Of a stretch of DNA of 64,000 nt, positions 50,124 to 60,307 are shown one piece after another; the stretch's first letter is position 1; each line of letters begins with the position of its first letter. The notes beneath the pieces were generated by a model, which searched no databases, was not told the DNA's origin, and saw only the letters and a list, made by a program, of their open reading frames with translations. A program made the position numbers and the translations under genes. This stretch comes from Cenarchaeum sp. (GTDB lineage Archaea > Thermoproteota > Nitrososphaeria > Nitrososphaerales > Nitrosopumilaceae), in NCBI GenBank assembly GCA_965212015.1, contig OZ243037.1:384001-448000 (forward strand), given 5' to 3'.

Positions 50124-50246
50124 CTATGTTCTTTTTAAAGTCATAAAATCAACCGTTTTGATTGTGCCGTCTCTGACACCCTTCAAAAAGGCCTCTGCTT
50201 CTTTGGAGTCTTTCTCGGTCCAAAAGAGTTTTTCCCTTGGAATCAT
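50124..50246 (-). CDS. Putative 40-aa small protein, possibly antitoxin-like
   Basis: Manual translation: MIPREKLFWTEKDSKEAEAFLKGVRDGTIKTVDFMTLKRT*; AAATATATAAAA about 22-33 nt upstream. Confidence 0.4.
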   Translation of the reverse strand: MIPREKLFWTEKDSKEAEAFLKGVRDGTIKTVDFMTLKRT

Positions 50247-50432
50247 GTGTGATAATTGAATCCGCTGTTTTATATATTTTCCATATAAAATCATCGTCTG
50301 TCAGTTCCGTTTTGACATCCCGGCGCCTGCCTTTCTGCCGGCAGGCGTGCCGCAGCCGCGCGCGTCCGGGAAAAAAACGTGCATTGCTGCGGGCAAAACC
50401 ATTAAACTGGCAGGCATCCGCACGTGTCCTGT

Positions 50433-51107
50433 ATGACGCTGTTTGTCACAGGAACCGATACCGACGTGGGCAAGACCGTAATCTCTGCCGGGCTTGCAAG
50501 GGCCATGTCGGATTCGGGAATCGACGTCGGGGTGATGAAGCCATTTGCCGCAGCACAGATCGATTCCGGACACGAGTCAGATGCGGGGATTCTGGCAAAG
50601 GCCGCGCGCGTCACAGACCCGGAATCGTCAATCACGCCGCAGTTTTTTTCCATTCCTGCATCGCCTTACACCGCATCCAGGATGCTTGGCGTACAGGTGG
50701 ATCTAAAGCTGGTGCTAGATGAGTTCGGCAGGCTGAGCAAATCCCACGATATGATGCTAGTGGAGGGAATGGGCGGCATAATGACGCCGATATTAAAGGA
50801 CTATTTTGTGGCCGACCTGATCTGCGACATGGATGCAAGGGCAGTAATCGTCATCAAGAACAGCATTGGAACCATAAGCCATACAGTAATGACGCATAAA
50901 ATGTGCCAGAGTTACGGACTGCAGGTGGCAGGCGTCATCATTAACGAGATTGACTCGCGCGGGTACGCGACAGGCGGGCTAAAGCGCGACATTGAGGGCC
51001 TTACCGGGCTTTGCGTGCTAGGCTCCGTTCCGAGGATGGAGCGGCCCGATGCAGACCGCACCGCCGGCGTGATCAAGAAAGAAATCCTGCCGGCAATACT
51101 GGGCTAG
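50433..51107 (+). CDS. bioD: Dethiobiotin synthase
   Basis: LFVTGTDTDVGKT, MKPF, PASPYTA, LVEGMGG and GTISHT motifs. Confidence 0.95.
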   Translation: MTLFVTGTDTDVGKTVISAGLARAMSDSGIDVGVMKPFAAAQIDSGHESDAGILAKAARVTDPESSITPQFFSIPASPYTASRMLGVQVDLKLVLDEFGRLSKSHDMMLVEGMGGIMTPILKDYFVADLICDMDARAVIVIKNSIGTISHTVMTHKMCQSYGLQVAGVIINEIDSRGYATGGLKRDIEGLTGLCVLGSVPRMERPDADRTAGVIKKEILPAILG

Positions 51108-51158
51108 TCCCCGCATACACATTCAAATTGCCTCAGGAATTGCCTGCGGTAAATATTC

Positions 51159-51671
51159 TCACGCCAAAAACCTGAATTTGGAGCCGGCCGAGGCAGCAGA
51201 CCCCAGTATGTCATCCAGAATGCCCGGAAATGTCCCGTCGCCCAGCGAGTATGTCTTTTCATCCAGGCTCCTCTCTGTCACGTACCAGATGTTCTGCCGG
51301 TGCGGCTGGAGCGCCCGCATCGATTCAATTTGCTGCCCTATGTCCGAGTCGTGCAGATCGGGAATGCAGATCAGAATGGCGTTGCGCGGGTCTTTTTTTA
51401 GCGCCGCAAGGCCGGGAATCACAATGTCAACCTGCGTGCCCTGCGCGCACACCTTTCTCTGGCTGGGCACCAGCGTAATGGCAAGCAGATAGTGCAATAG
51501 TGACGTCAAAAGCGCAGCAGTCCGGACGGGGGGCTCTTTTGTGGCACAGGATATTATCTCGCAAATTACGCGGCGGCTCTGTCCTGCCAGTATGCCCCTT
51601 TGGATGTTTTTTTCGCCAACCATACAGATTGCGTCATACAGCGCCTGCTTTGCCGGATCAGGGTGTTCCAT
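51159..51671 (-). CDS. Hypothetical protein (possible PD-(D/E)XK-like fold)
   Basis: LLHYLLAITLVPSQRKV...VDIVIP...LQPHRQNIW; ATG adjacent to the upstream stop codon. Confidence 0.65.
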   Translation of the reverse strand: MEHPDPAKQALYDAICMVGEKNIQRGILAGQSRRVICEIISCATKEPPVRTAALLTSLLHYLLAITLVPSQRKVCAQGTQVDIVIPGLAALKKDPRNAILICIPDLHDSDIGQQIESMRALQPHRQNIWYVTERSLDEKTYSLGDGTFPGILDDILGSAASAGSKFRFLA

Positions 51672-51672
51672 C

Positions 51673-53067
51673 CTACTCGTTGAATACGTACCTGCGCTGT
51701 CCCCTGGACTCTGTTCTGGTGTCAACATCCACCAGCAGGAACTCTTTTTTCGTGCCAAGTATGGAATCCGCTATTGAGAGCTTGTTTGCGTGAATCTGCT
51801 CGTACTGGTCTAGTGACAGCCTTTTTCTGGGGCCAATCTCGGCCTCCAGGTTCATGTCTTTTACCATCTGGCGGTACCCTGGCCGGATCAGTCCCGAAAA
51901 GACCATGGCTGAGCTGCCCGAGCCGTACGAGCCAAAGCCAAAGCGCTTTCCCTCCAGGTCTATTCCCTTTTGGAACTCAAACTCAAGCGTGCTCCGGAAC
52001 CCCAGGTACAGCGACGCCGTGTACAGGTTTCCAACCACCGACGATGCCACAAGGGAGCTTGCCAGCTTTGACTCGTAAATCTCTTGGAACTCGTCTGTCT
52101 TTGTAAACCGCTTTTGGAACTCGTGATCCCTTTCCATAAACTCCCTGTCCCCCAGCACGGACTCTATCGTGCCGCGCGGATCCTTTGGTGTGGGTTCTGT
52201 CATTCCGACCTTGTCGATTATGCCCTTCCACCTCGAGAGTCCCCTCCATTCGTGCCTCACCAGGTACGCCAGCGCCTTTTTGCCCATGTTAGAGTACGGC
52301 AGGTGCATGTTCAGATAGTCGATATAGTCCAGAATCGAGTCGTCTGCCCCCACCTCGATCAGTCCGGAGGATATTGCCTTTTTCTTGTAGGCCTCTAGTG
52401 CCTTTCTTACCTGGATGAGATACAGCAGGTTGGAGTACTGTCCGTGGACTATTGGCGTCTCTTTTCCAAACGGGCGGTAAAAGTCATACTCGTCCTTGAT
52501 GGATGTCGCAGTCGCCCTGGGATCAAATGAGAGCAGCCGCGGCTCGTCGTTGAGCAGCATCGCCACCGCACCGGCACCCTGCGTCATCTCGCCGGATGAT
52601 CCCATGTCGTATTTTGCAATGTCAGATACCACCACAAGTGCGTGCTTGCCCTCTGCCTCGCCTGCGCGAATCCAGTTCGTATTGTCGTACAGCGCATACG
52701 AGCCGCTCACGCATGCGAACTTTGTCTCCACGCCGCCGCAGTGCTCAAAGGCGCCCTGGCCGTACACCTGTTCCAGCATTCCGACCACGTACGAGTTCAT
52801 CGCCTTTGACTCATCAAAGGAGGACTCTGTCGAGACGTACAGCCTGCCGATATCCTCCGGCGAGAGCTTGTTTTTCTGCATTATCTTCAGGCAGGCATTT
52901 GCCGCAAAGCACGCGGGATCCTGGTTGCTGTCCACTATTGCCATCTGGTACACGCCCAGACCCTTTTGGAGCTTTGTGGCGTCCACCCCGCGAAGCTTTG
53001 CATAGTCGTTTGCGTCCAGGTACAGTTTTGGAATGTATACCGAAATGTCGTCGATTCCCGCAGCCAT
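51673..53067 (-). CDS. mvaS: Hydroxymethylglutaryl-CoA synthase
   Basis: GIDDISVYIP, STESSFD, KFACVSG (catalytic Cys), EMTQGAGAVA, DFYRP, HLPY, GNLYTAS and SYGSG motifs. Confidence 0.93.
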   Translation of the reverse strand: MAAGIDDISVYIPKLYLDANDYAKLRGVDATKLQKGLGVYQMAIVDSNQDPACFAANACLKIMQKNKLSPEDIGRLYVSTESSFDESKAMNSYVVGMLEQVYGQGAFEHCGGVETKFACVSGSYALYDNTNWIRAGEAEGKHALVVVSDIAKYDMGSSGEMTQGAGAVAMLLNDEPRLLSFDPRATATSIKDEYDFYRPFGKETPIVHGQYSNLLYLIQVRKALEAYKKKAISSGLIEVGADDSILDYIDYLNMHLPYSNMGKKALAYLVRHEWRGLSRWKGIIDKVGMTEPTPKDPRGTIESVLGDREFMERDHEFQKRFTKTDEFQEIYESKLASSLVASSVVGNLYTASLYLGFRSTLEFEFQKGIDLEGKRFGFGSYGSGSSAMVFSGLIRPGYRQMVKDMNLEAEIGPRKRLSLDQYEQIHANKLSIADSILGTKKEFLLVDVDTRTESRGQRRYVFNE

Positions 53068-53205
53068 ACAAGCTAGCCGCAGGCCGTCTAAATAAAAGCA
53101 TATCACGTCTAAAAAAACACCGCAAACGGCGATATTGTGCCAGTATGGTGCGATTTCACCGCGGATTAACCCGGTTTGTGCCTGTAATTGGTGGGGATTG
53201 CGCGC

Positions 53206-53922
53206 CTATTTTGCAAGCTCGGACTCGAATATCCTCTGAAATACCTCGTATGGCTGCGCGCCGCCTATCTTGGTCACCGCATTATCCGGGCCTATCACAA
53301 AAAAGATCGGCGTGCCGTCCAGCCCCAGGGCCTCCGCATCGCCCCTGCTTGCCGCCACGAGCTGCCCGTGATCGCCTCTGGACATGCACATTCCCCACTG
53401 CTCCTCATCAAGGCCGATCTCGCCTGCAAACGAGGCCAGATTCTCCATCGACGCCCATCCGTTGTTCTCGCCGTCCCAGTTCTCGTACAGGACGTCGTGA
53501 TACTCCCAGAAAAACCCCTGATCTTCTGCACAGTGCGCCCCGCGCGCGGCAGCCTCCGAGTCGGGGCCTATTATCACATTGTCCTTAAAGATTAGCTTGA
53601 CTTTGCCCGTCGAGACATAGTCTGCCAATAGCTCCTTTTCTGTCCCGTGGAAAAACTTGTTGCAAAAAAAGCACTGGTAATCGCCAAACTCGACTAGCGT
53701 TACGGGTGCGTCCGGACTGCCCAGGACGGGTGATCCGTTGCCGGTCAGCACCGACAGCGTCACAGCATCTGCCTTTGGGGGATCATTGGCAAACTGTAGT
53801 TCCGTCTCTGGCTGTCCGGAGAATGCAAAAAACGCAAGCACTATTACGGCAGAGGCCGCAGCCGCACCGATTCCGATTGACGGCCCGTGGATATCCATGG
53901 TTGGGCGGTTTTTTTGTGACAT
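53206..53922 (-). CDS. DsbA-family thioredoxin-fold protein with an N-terminal TM
   Basis: LGSPDAPVTLVEFGDYQCFFC, GFFWEYHD and GTPIFFV motifs. Confidence 0.92.
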   Translation of the reverse strand: MSQKNRPTMDIHGPSIGIGAAAASAVIVLAFFAFSGQPETELQFANDPPKADAVTLSVLTGNGSPVLGSPDAPVTLVEFGDYQCFFCNKFFHGTEKELLADYVSTGKVKLIFKDNVIIGPDSEAAARGAHCAEDQGFFWEYHDVLYENWDGENNGWASMENLASFAGEIGLDEEQWGMCMSRGDHGQLVAASRGDAEALGLDGTPIFFVIGPDNAVTKIGGAQPYEVFQRIFESELAK

Positions 53923-53967
53923 TTAGCCCTTTGTAATTTATTAAGTGGGCGTGCAGTTCCCAATAGC

Positions 53968-55008
53968 ATGAAAAAGGTCTTTGTCAACGGGTTTGGCTCC
54001 ATCGGCAGCAGGATTGCGTCCTTTATCTGCGATGATCCGCAGATCAGCGTCATCGGCGTCGGAAAGCACACCCCCGGCGGGGGCGTCGGCGCCGCAGTCT
54101 CCGAGGGCTATGACGTCTATGTCCCGGAAAAAAGACTCGGCGAGTTTGACGGGTGCCGCATTGCAGGCACCATCGAGTCCGCAGTGGATCAAAGCGATCT
54201 GGTAATTGACGCATCGCCTGCGGGGCAGGGATACAAAAACAAGACAGAGCTGTATGTGCCAAGAAAAAAGGCCGCAATATACCAGGGCGGCGAGACCGTA
54301 TACGGGGACTGTGCAGTGTCGGATTTGCTGTTCAACTCTAGGGCAAACTATGACGAGGCCATCGGCAGGACACATGTCATGCAGGGAAGCTGCAACGTGA
54401 CTGGAATGGGGAGGATTCTGCAGCCGCTGCGGGAACGATTCGGCGACAGGCTGGAAAGGTTTGATGTGACACTGGTGCGCAGGTGGGCAGACATTGGACA
54501 GTCCGGCGAGCTCAAGGATACAGTCGAGATGACGCCGGATCCGCACCACGGCGACGATGTAAAGTCGTACATGGGCGAGGAGACGCCGCTGTTTTTGCGC
54601 GCAATCAAGGTCCCAAGCAGGCAGATGCACCTGCACATACTCGACATAAGGTTCAAGGGTGTAGCGCCAAGGCCCTCGGAGATACTGGCATTGTTCAAAA
54701 ACGAGTACGGCGTGGCCACACTGCGGACTGCCAGGGGGACGAGGGACGTCAGGGAGTTTGCCGATTCCATGGGGTTTGGCTTTGGGGACACCAACATGAT
54801 ACACATTCACGCAGACATGACTGTGTCTGCCGGCGACACTATACAAATGATGTATTCAGACGATCAGACCGGAATCGTGATTCCAGAGAACCACATGCTG
54901 ATGCAGGCCATGCTGTTTGAGAGGCCGCGCGGGGAGGCATCTGCACACACAGAAAGCCTGTTTCACATGGACGAGAAAAAGCAAAAGCTCGAAGAGCACT
55001 TTGCCTAG
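53968..55008 (+). CDS. gap: Type II (archaeal) glyceraldehyde-3-phosphate dehydrogenase
   Basis: VFVNGFGSIGSRIA, YQGGE, SCNVTGM, RRWAD, HHGDDV and GIVIPEN motifs. Confidence 0.93.
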   Translation: MKKVFVNGFGSIGSRIASFICDDPQISVIGVGKHTPGGGVGAAVSEGYDVYVPEKRLGEFDGCRIAGTIESAVDQSDLVIDASPAGQGYKNKTELYVPRKKAAIYQGGETVYGDCAVSDLLFNSRANYDEAIGRTHVMQGSCNVTGMGRILQPLRERFGDRLERFDVTLVRRWADIGQSGELKDTVEMTPDPHHGDDVKSYMGEETPLFLRAIKVPSRQMHLHILDIRFKGVAPRPSEILALFKNEYGVATLRTARGTRDVREFADSMGFGFGDTNMIHIHADMTVSAGDTIQMMYSDDQTGIVIPENHMLMQAMLFERPRGEASAHTESLFHMDEKKQKLEEHFA

Positions 55009-56258
55009 CCTTTGATCCGCTCTATCCTGATTTTATCCGGCCTGTTTTTGCCCACCTTTTCTACGATTATTCTCAGCGAGTCGACTATCACCCTGTCGCC
55101 CTCCTGCGGTATGTCCTGGAGCTTTTCGTGCAGCAGGCCGTTTAGCGTCGCATAGTCGTCGCCCTCCGGCACGTCGGTCTTGAAGTATTCGTTGATCTTG
55201 TCGATTTCAACATCGCCGTTGGTGATTATGGTGTCCCGGTCAATGCTTTGAATGTCAGCCGGCCTTGCCTTGTCAGTCTCGTCCTCTATCTCGCCTACAA
55301 TCTCCTCGAGCAGATCCTCCAGCGTCACCAGCCCCTCTACTCCCTTGTGCTCGTCAACTACCATGGCCATGTGGACCTTGCGGCCCTTCATCTCTAAAAG
55401 CAGTGCAGAGACCATCTTTTCTTGCGACGCAAACACCGGCTGCCGCGCAATCCGTTCTAGCACCACCATCTTGTTGTCGCGCTCCAGCTCCTTGAGCACG
55501 TCCCTTACGTGGATGAATCCCACAATGTCGTCCTTGTTTTTGCCATAGATTGGGATTCTCGAGTGGCCGCTCTGGTTGATCAGCGGCAGCGCCTCAAAGA
55601 GCATCATCTTTGAGTTGAGCGTAAACATCCTGGTCCGTGGCGTCATTACCGTCCTTATCACCGTGTCGTCAAACTCTAGCGCCCCGCGGACCAGCTCCCT
55701 TTCCTCCTTTTCTATGGCCTTGTCTGCCAGCCCCTGCTCCACGATTCCCTTGATCTCCTCTTCTGTGATGGGCGGGGCGTGATAGCTGCTTCCCGTGAGC
55801 CTCACCATGCCCCTCGTTATGATCTCAAACATCTTTACGACCGGCCAGAACGCATAGCTGAACGCAAGCAGCACCGGGGCAAACCGCAGCGCGATTTTTG
55901 TCGCGTTTGCATTGCAGTACGTCTTTGGGGTAATCTCGCCGAAGACCAGTATAAGAAACGTCATGATTCCCACGGCGATTCCCAGGCCGTCGTTGCCAAA
56001 GAGCCGGATTGCGATGCTGGTGGCAAGCGCAGACGATCCCACGTTTACGAGATTGTTGCCAAGGTTCACACTCGACATCATCCAGCCGGGGTTGGACTTT
56101 AGCTTGTGCAGTGCTACGGCGCCCTTTGTCTTTTTTTTGAGGAGCTGGTTTACCTTGGAGCTCCTGGTGCCCACCAGCGCGACTTCGAGCCCGCTGAAAA
56201 ACCCGGACAGACCGATTAATACTGCCAGCGTCGCAAGCTCAACCCACAGATCTACCAT
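55005..56258 (-). CDS. CNNM/CBS/CorC hemolysin-family (HlyC/CorC) transporter
   Basis: SGFFSGLEVAL, GNNLVN, FGEITPK, VMTPR, HSRIPIY and VVDEHKGVEGLVTLEDLLEEIVGEI motifs. Confidence 0.93.
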   Translation of the reverse strand: MVDLWVELATLAVLIGLSGFFSGLEVALVGTRSSKVNQLLKKKTKGAVALHKLKSNPGWMMSSVNLGNNLVNVGSSALATSIAIRLFGNDGLGIAVGIMTFLILVFGEITPKTYCNANATKIALRFAPVLLAFSYAFWPVVKMFEIITRGMVRLTGSSYHAPPITEEEIKGIVEQGLADKAIEKEERELVRGALEFDDTVIRTVMTPRTRMFTLNSKMMLFEALPLINQSGHSRIPIYGKNKDDIVGFIHVRDVLKELERDNKMVVLERIARQPVFASQEKMVSALLLEMKGRKVHMAMVVDEHKGVEGLVTLEDLLEEIVGEIEDETDKARPADIQSIDRDTIITNGDVEIDKINEYFKTDVPEGDDYATLNGLLHEKLQDIPQEGDRVIVDSLRIIVEKVGKNRPDKIRIERIKG

Positions 56259-56396
56259 TCCGGCCTCCACAGGACGTGAGAACAATAGTCCTTCATTTTG
56301 TTATTATCTTCACCATTTCGGGTTGGGTGTATTTGGTGAAAATTCCTCTTAAACATTGCCTTTTTTGACCATCCGCCCTGTGACTGGGCCTGCCAG

Positions 56397-56726
56397 TCAC
56401 CGTTTTGCGGAATCATCCTTAAAGCCGGGTCCGGTCATCTCCTCTGGCCTGACCCTTTGATCCCAGTCGCCCCTTGCACCCAGGACCAGCATGAACACGC
56501 CTGTTGCGATAATGCCGACGACAAGGGAGAAAAATGCCGCCTTGCCGTACAGTCCGGCCTCGCACGATACCGGCACGGGCGCCCTCTCCTCGGAATACTC
56601 GTAGCAGTCAGAAAACTCTTGGGCCTCCGCAGAGAGGGCAAAAAAGGCAGAGCCGAATATCCCGAGTACCAGAAACCCCGCAAAGACCAGTCCGACTCCA
56701 ATCAGCGTGAGGCGCGTATCGCTCAT
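56397..56726 (-). CDS. Two-TM hypothetical membrane protein
   Basis: Two hydrophobic segments flanking a C..C loop; GDWDQ.V.PE.M.GP tail. Confidence 0.7.
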   Translation of the reverse strand: MSDTRLTLIGVGLVFAGFLVLGIFGSAFFALSAEAQEFSDCYEYSEERAPVPVSCEAGLYGKAAFFSLVVGIIATGVFMLVLGARGDWDQRVRPEEMTGPGFKDDSAKR

Positions 56727-56787
56727 GGGACAGCTTTGCGCCGGCCATATTTACACCTTGAGCGGATCGCACAATCTGCGTGCGGCA

Positions 56788-57423
56788 CTAGGTGATTGTG
56801 ACTTTTCTGCCGGAGATTTTGATCCTTCCCCTCGCATAAAGATCCACTGCCTTTGGGTAAATCCTGTGCTCCTGTGCGAGGATTCTTTTGGAGAGCGAGT
56901 CCCGCGTGTCCCCGTCTTTTACCCTTACCGTCGACTGTATGATTATGGCGCCCGAATCCACCCCGTCATCCACAAAGTGCACGGTGCATCCGGAGACCTT
57001 TACGCCGTGCCTTATGGCCTGGCCCTGCGCATCAAGGCCGCCAAATGCCGGCAGGAGCGCCGGATGTATGTTTAGGATCCTGTTTTTGTATTCCCTTACA
57101 AACTCTGGGCTGATAATTCTCATGAATCCGGCAAGGCACACCAGCCCGTTTGTCCTAGTCACGCCGTGCCTTTTCAGGACGGCGATAACCTTTTGGTCGT
57201 ACTCGCTCCTGCTGCCAGAAAACCCCGCGCCGGGAACCGTCTCTGTCTCTATCTGCATTTTTTTTGCGATTTTCAGCCCCCCCGCGCGCGCATTGTCAGA
57301 TATGACGACTGCCGGCCTGATTGGGGTTTTTTTGCGTTTTACCGCCCTGAGAATCGCCTCCATGTTACTCCCCCTGCCGGAGATTAGTATTCCGAGTCTT
57401 AGCAACAGGTTCGTGTATAGCAT
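56788..57423 (-). CDS. purN: Phosphoribosylglycinamide formyltransferase
   Basis: ILISGRGSNM, CLAGFMRI, LNIHPALLP.F.G, SGCTVHFVD.GVDSG.II and EHRIYP motifs. Confidence 0.96.
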   Translation of the reverse strand: MLYTNLLLRLGILISGRGSNMEAILRAVKRKKTPIRPAVVISDNARAGGLKIAKKMQIETETVPGAGFSGSRSEYDQKVIAVLKRHGVTRTNGLVCLAGFMRIISPEFVREYKNRILNIHPALLPAFGGLDAQGQAIRHGVKVSGCTVHFVDDGVDSGAIIIQSTVRVKDGDTRDSLSKRILAQEHRIYPKAVDLYARGRIKISGRKVTIT

Positions 57424-57680
57424 GCCTGCATTTTAAAGATTAGATTTTTGCGCGCCGGCGGCGTCTGGCAGACAAGCTTGCAAAGCCGTAACTGCCGCAC
57501 CTGCACGGACTACAGGAAACCCGGCGTGGATTATATAATGGCCGCACATCGGAGTCCTGCATTAGGCGTGTGGTTTCCCATATGTGAAAAGGAGATTATG
57601 ATACATGTTAATATCTCCGAAAAAACAGGAAAATATGCTATAAATTAATATATACGAAAAAACAAGAAATTATGATATAA

Positions 57681-58304
57681 ATGAAAACCACAGCAATATT
57701 GAAAAGGGCCCACATCGAGAACAAAGAGTTTCTGACCGGCGATGATCTCAGGCTATACTGCAAGGAGGGCAAGTTTGACTACAAGTATGCGGTAAAGTAT
57801 CTGGTAGAGAGGGGCTATCTGGTAAGGATATTTCGCGGAATATTCTATGTAAAGGGCTCCAGAGCAGGGATAAGGGAATATGATCGCCGCGAGTTGGTGG
57901 GAAAGGGAATGGAGCTAAAGGGCGTAAAAGACTGGTATTTTGCGCTATACAGCGCATTAAAGCTCAACAACATGACGCACGAGCACTTTACCACAGAGTA
58001 CGTGATCAATGATTTTGTTTTCAGGCCAACGCCGATGAGAATAGCTGGCTACAAGTTCAAGTTTCTCAAGATAACACCCAAACTGCTTGATTTCGGGATA
58101 AAGGGCAAGATTGTCAGGTATTCGGATGCAGAAAAGACGATACTTGATTTTATCTATGTCTGGCAGTACAACAGCGTTCCGCCAGAAAAGATACTGATGG
58201 ACGTATCAGAGTGGGCGGAGGGAATCTCAAAAGTAAAGATCAGGCGTTATTCGACAAGATACCCAAAGTCGGTGGGAAGGATAGTGGAGAGGATGTACAA
58301 GTGA
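57681..58304 (+). CDS. AbiEi-like type IV antitoxin / transcriptional regulator
   Basis: wHTH YLVERGYLVRIFRGIFYV, YFALYSAL...NMTHE and YSDAEKTILDF motifs; overlaps the toxin gene. Confidence 0.82.
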   Translation: MKTTAILKRAHIENKEFLTGDDLRLYCKEGKFDYKYAVKYLVERGYLVRIFRGIFYVKGSRAGIREYDRRELVGKGMELKGVKDWYFALYSALKLNNMTHEHFTTEYVINDFVFRPTPMRIAGYKFKFLKITPKLLDFGIKGKIVRYSDAEKTILDFIYVWQYNSVPPEKILMDVSEWAEGISKVKIRRYSTRYPKSVGRIVERMYK

Positions 58305-59230
58305 GAAAAACCACGATAGACGGCATAGCAAACGTGCTCAAAATCAATATGCCAGACCGGTTAGAAAAAGACATCATAATCCATGAAATTCTTGCGGATT
58401 TGTCAGACGATGATTTTTTTTCAGGCAATCTAGTGTTTAAAGGCGGCACCTGCCTAGTAAAGGCATATCTCGGATATTACAGGTTTTCGGAAGATATGGA
58501 TTTTACTTGGAAAAATCAAGATATATTCAAAGAAAAGTCAGGAAAAGATATTCGGCGAGAGATTTCCAAACACATTGAAAAGATCGGAAAAATTCTTGAA
58601 GGCATTGCGGCAAAAAGAGGGCTCTATTTCAAGTATGAAAAAAATAATCTAAAATATGTTAATCTTGGCGGAAGTAACAAGATGATAACTTTTTTTATAT
58701 TGTATGACTCTGAAGTGACGGGGGAGGAAATATCTATAAAAATACAAATAAATTTTATAGAGTGCTTGCTGTATCCTTTACAAAATAAGACATTGAAGAG
58801 TTTGGCATCAGACAAGAAGGAATTGGAATTCTTTACAAAATCAAACCAATACAATAACGAGATCAAATTTGAGGTTTATGATATCAAGGAAATACTGTGT
58901 GAAAAAATCAGGGCAATTCTGACTAGAAGAGGCATAAAAACAAGGGATTTTCTAGATGTTTACCTGATATGCAAAAGATATGATGTGGATCTTGATGAAA
59001 TAAATGTGAACGCAACTAAAAAACTAAATTTTTCCCTACAAATGTATGCCAAATACCGGGAAAACCTGAAAAACAAGAGGGATTATATCAATACTGGGAA
59101 AGGTCTTTTTGTGTGGGAGAACGAGATGAATCTATTAGAGAAAATAGACGTGAATGAATTTTATTCCTTTAACAAAAAATTGGAATCCTTTCTTGGAGAG
59201 ATTATTCAAAACATCATTCACACTAAATGA
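58301..59230 (+). CDS. AbiEii/AbiGii nucleotidyltransferase toxin
   Basis: EKD, LVFKGGTCL.K.Y..YYRFSEDMDF, EKIRAIL.R and RDFLD motifs; GTG start overlapping the antitoxin stop; AT-rich. Confidence 0.9.
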   Translation: MRKTTIDGIANVLKINMPDRLEKDIIIHEILADLSDDDFFSGNLVFKGGTCLVKAYLGYYRFSEDMDFTWKNQDIFKEKSGKDIRREISKHIEKIGKILEGIAAKRGLYFKYEKNNLKYVNLGGSNKMITFFILYDSEVTGEEISIKIQINFIECLLYPLQNKTLKSLASDKKELEFFTKSNQYNNEIKFEVYDIKEILCEKIRAILTRRGIKTRDFLDVYLICKRYDVDLDEINVNATKKLNFSLQMYAKYRENLKNKRDYINTGKGLFVWENEMNLLEKIDVNEFYSFNKKLESFLGEIIQNIIHTK

Positions 59231-59302
59231 CAGAAAAGGCATCTTACACACGGTGAGAAATACGGTCGGGTGCAAGAGATCACCGGCCCCGGATTGCGCG
59301 CA

Positions 59303-60307
59303 CTAGGCCTGCTTTGGCCTTTCGGGTATCAGGCCGCTCGGCCTAAAGAGCAGCACCAGCAGCATCACGCCGCCCAGCAGCAGATAGTCAAGCCAGATTA
59401 TGTCAAAGGGCACGTATCCGTCCAAAAAGTCGTTATAGTATATGACCAGCTTTCTTGTCACGACAAAGATCAGCGTTCCTAGCAGCACCCCCTTGTTGTT
59501 TGCCATGCCGCCCACTATTACCATCACGAATGGAAGAAAAGTCCAGTTCAGCCTAGTGTATCCGAACGCCACGACGCTCTCTACGTACGACGCATAAAGC
59601 AGGCCGCCCAGGGCGCCTATCATCCCGCCCAGCATTAGCACCTTTGTCTTAATCCGGGTGGTATCGCGCCCCAGCGCCTCGACGGCTATCTCGTCATCAC
59701 GCATGGCGCGCATCAGCCGGCCCACCGGCGCGCTCGTAAACTTTGATACAAACAGGTACACGGCGCCTGCAAATCCCAGCAGCACAAAGCTGATTGCCAG
59801 AAACCTAAACTCGTTGGGCACAAACGAGAGCATGTCAGGTACTGTAACGCCCAGCGTCCCGCCCACCAAATCAGGATAGTTCACCCCGACAATCCTGATT
59901 ATCTCGCCAAAAGCCAGCAGCGTGATTGCCAGATAGTCCCCGCGCAGCCGTATTGCCGGATACGATGCGACCAGCCCAAGTAGTGCGCCGGCAACCATCG
60001 CTATTGCGACCGTTACGCCAAAGACCAGAAAGCCCAGCGCCGGATCGACCCCGAGGTGCGCGTTTATCTGCGAGACCATGTCCAGGTTGTCATCTATGGG
60101 ATCCAGGCCAATGTCCAGAATCAGGCCGTACAGGTGAATCGGGATTATCCCCATGACAAACGCCCCGGCGCCGACTGTGAGGACCTTGCCAAAGTTGGGT
60201 ATGCCGGCAAAGCCGAACTCCAGATTCAGGCTGAGGTTGATTATCAGGTATATGGAGAATATCGCTATCAAATCTGACAGGAATATGATCTCGGATCCTA
60301 GTGCCAT
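59303..60307 (-). CDS. livM: Branched-chain amino acid ABC transporter permease
   Basis: LRGDYLAITLLAFGEIIR, GRLMRAMRDDE.A..ALG and IVGG motifs. Confidence 0.9.
   Translation of the reverse strand: MALGSEIIFLSDLIAIFSIYLIINLSLNLEFGFAGIPNFGKVLTVGAGAFVMGIIPIHLYGLILDIGLDPIDDNLDMVSQINAHLGVDPALGFLVFGVTVAIAMVAGALLGLVASYPAIRLRGDYLAITLLAFGEIIRIVGVNYPDLVGGTLGVTVPDMLSFVPNEFRFLAISFVLLGFAGAVYLFVSKFTSAPVGRLMRAMRDDEIAVEALGRDTTRIKTKVLMLGGMIGALGGLLYASYVESVVAFGYTRLNWTFLPFVMVIVGGMANNKGVLLGTLIFVVTRKLVIYYNDFLDGYVPFDIIWLDYLLLGGVMLLVLLFRPSGLIPERPKQA

Noticed and set aside
52596-53588. 330-aa + strand ORF, and the 301-aa - strand ORF at 53941-54846
   Set aside because: They are antisense to HMG-CoA synthase/DsbA and to gap respectively, with no recognisable motifs.
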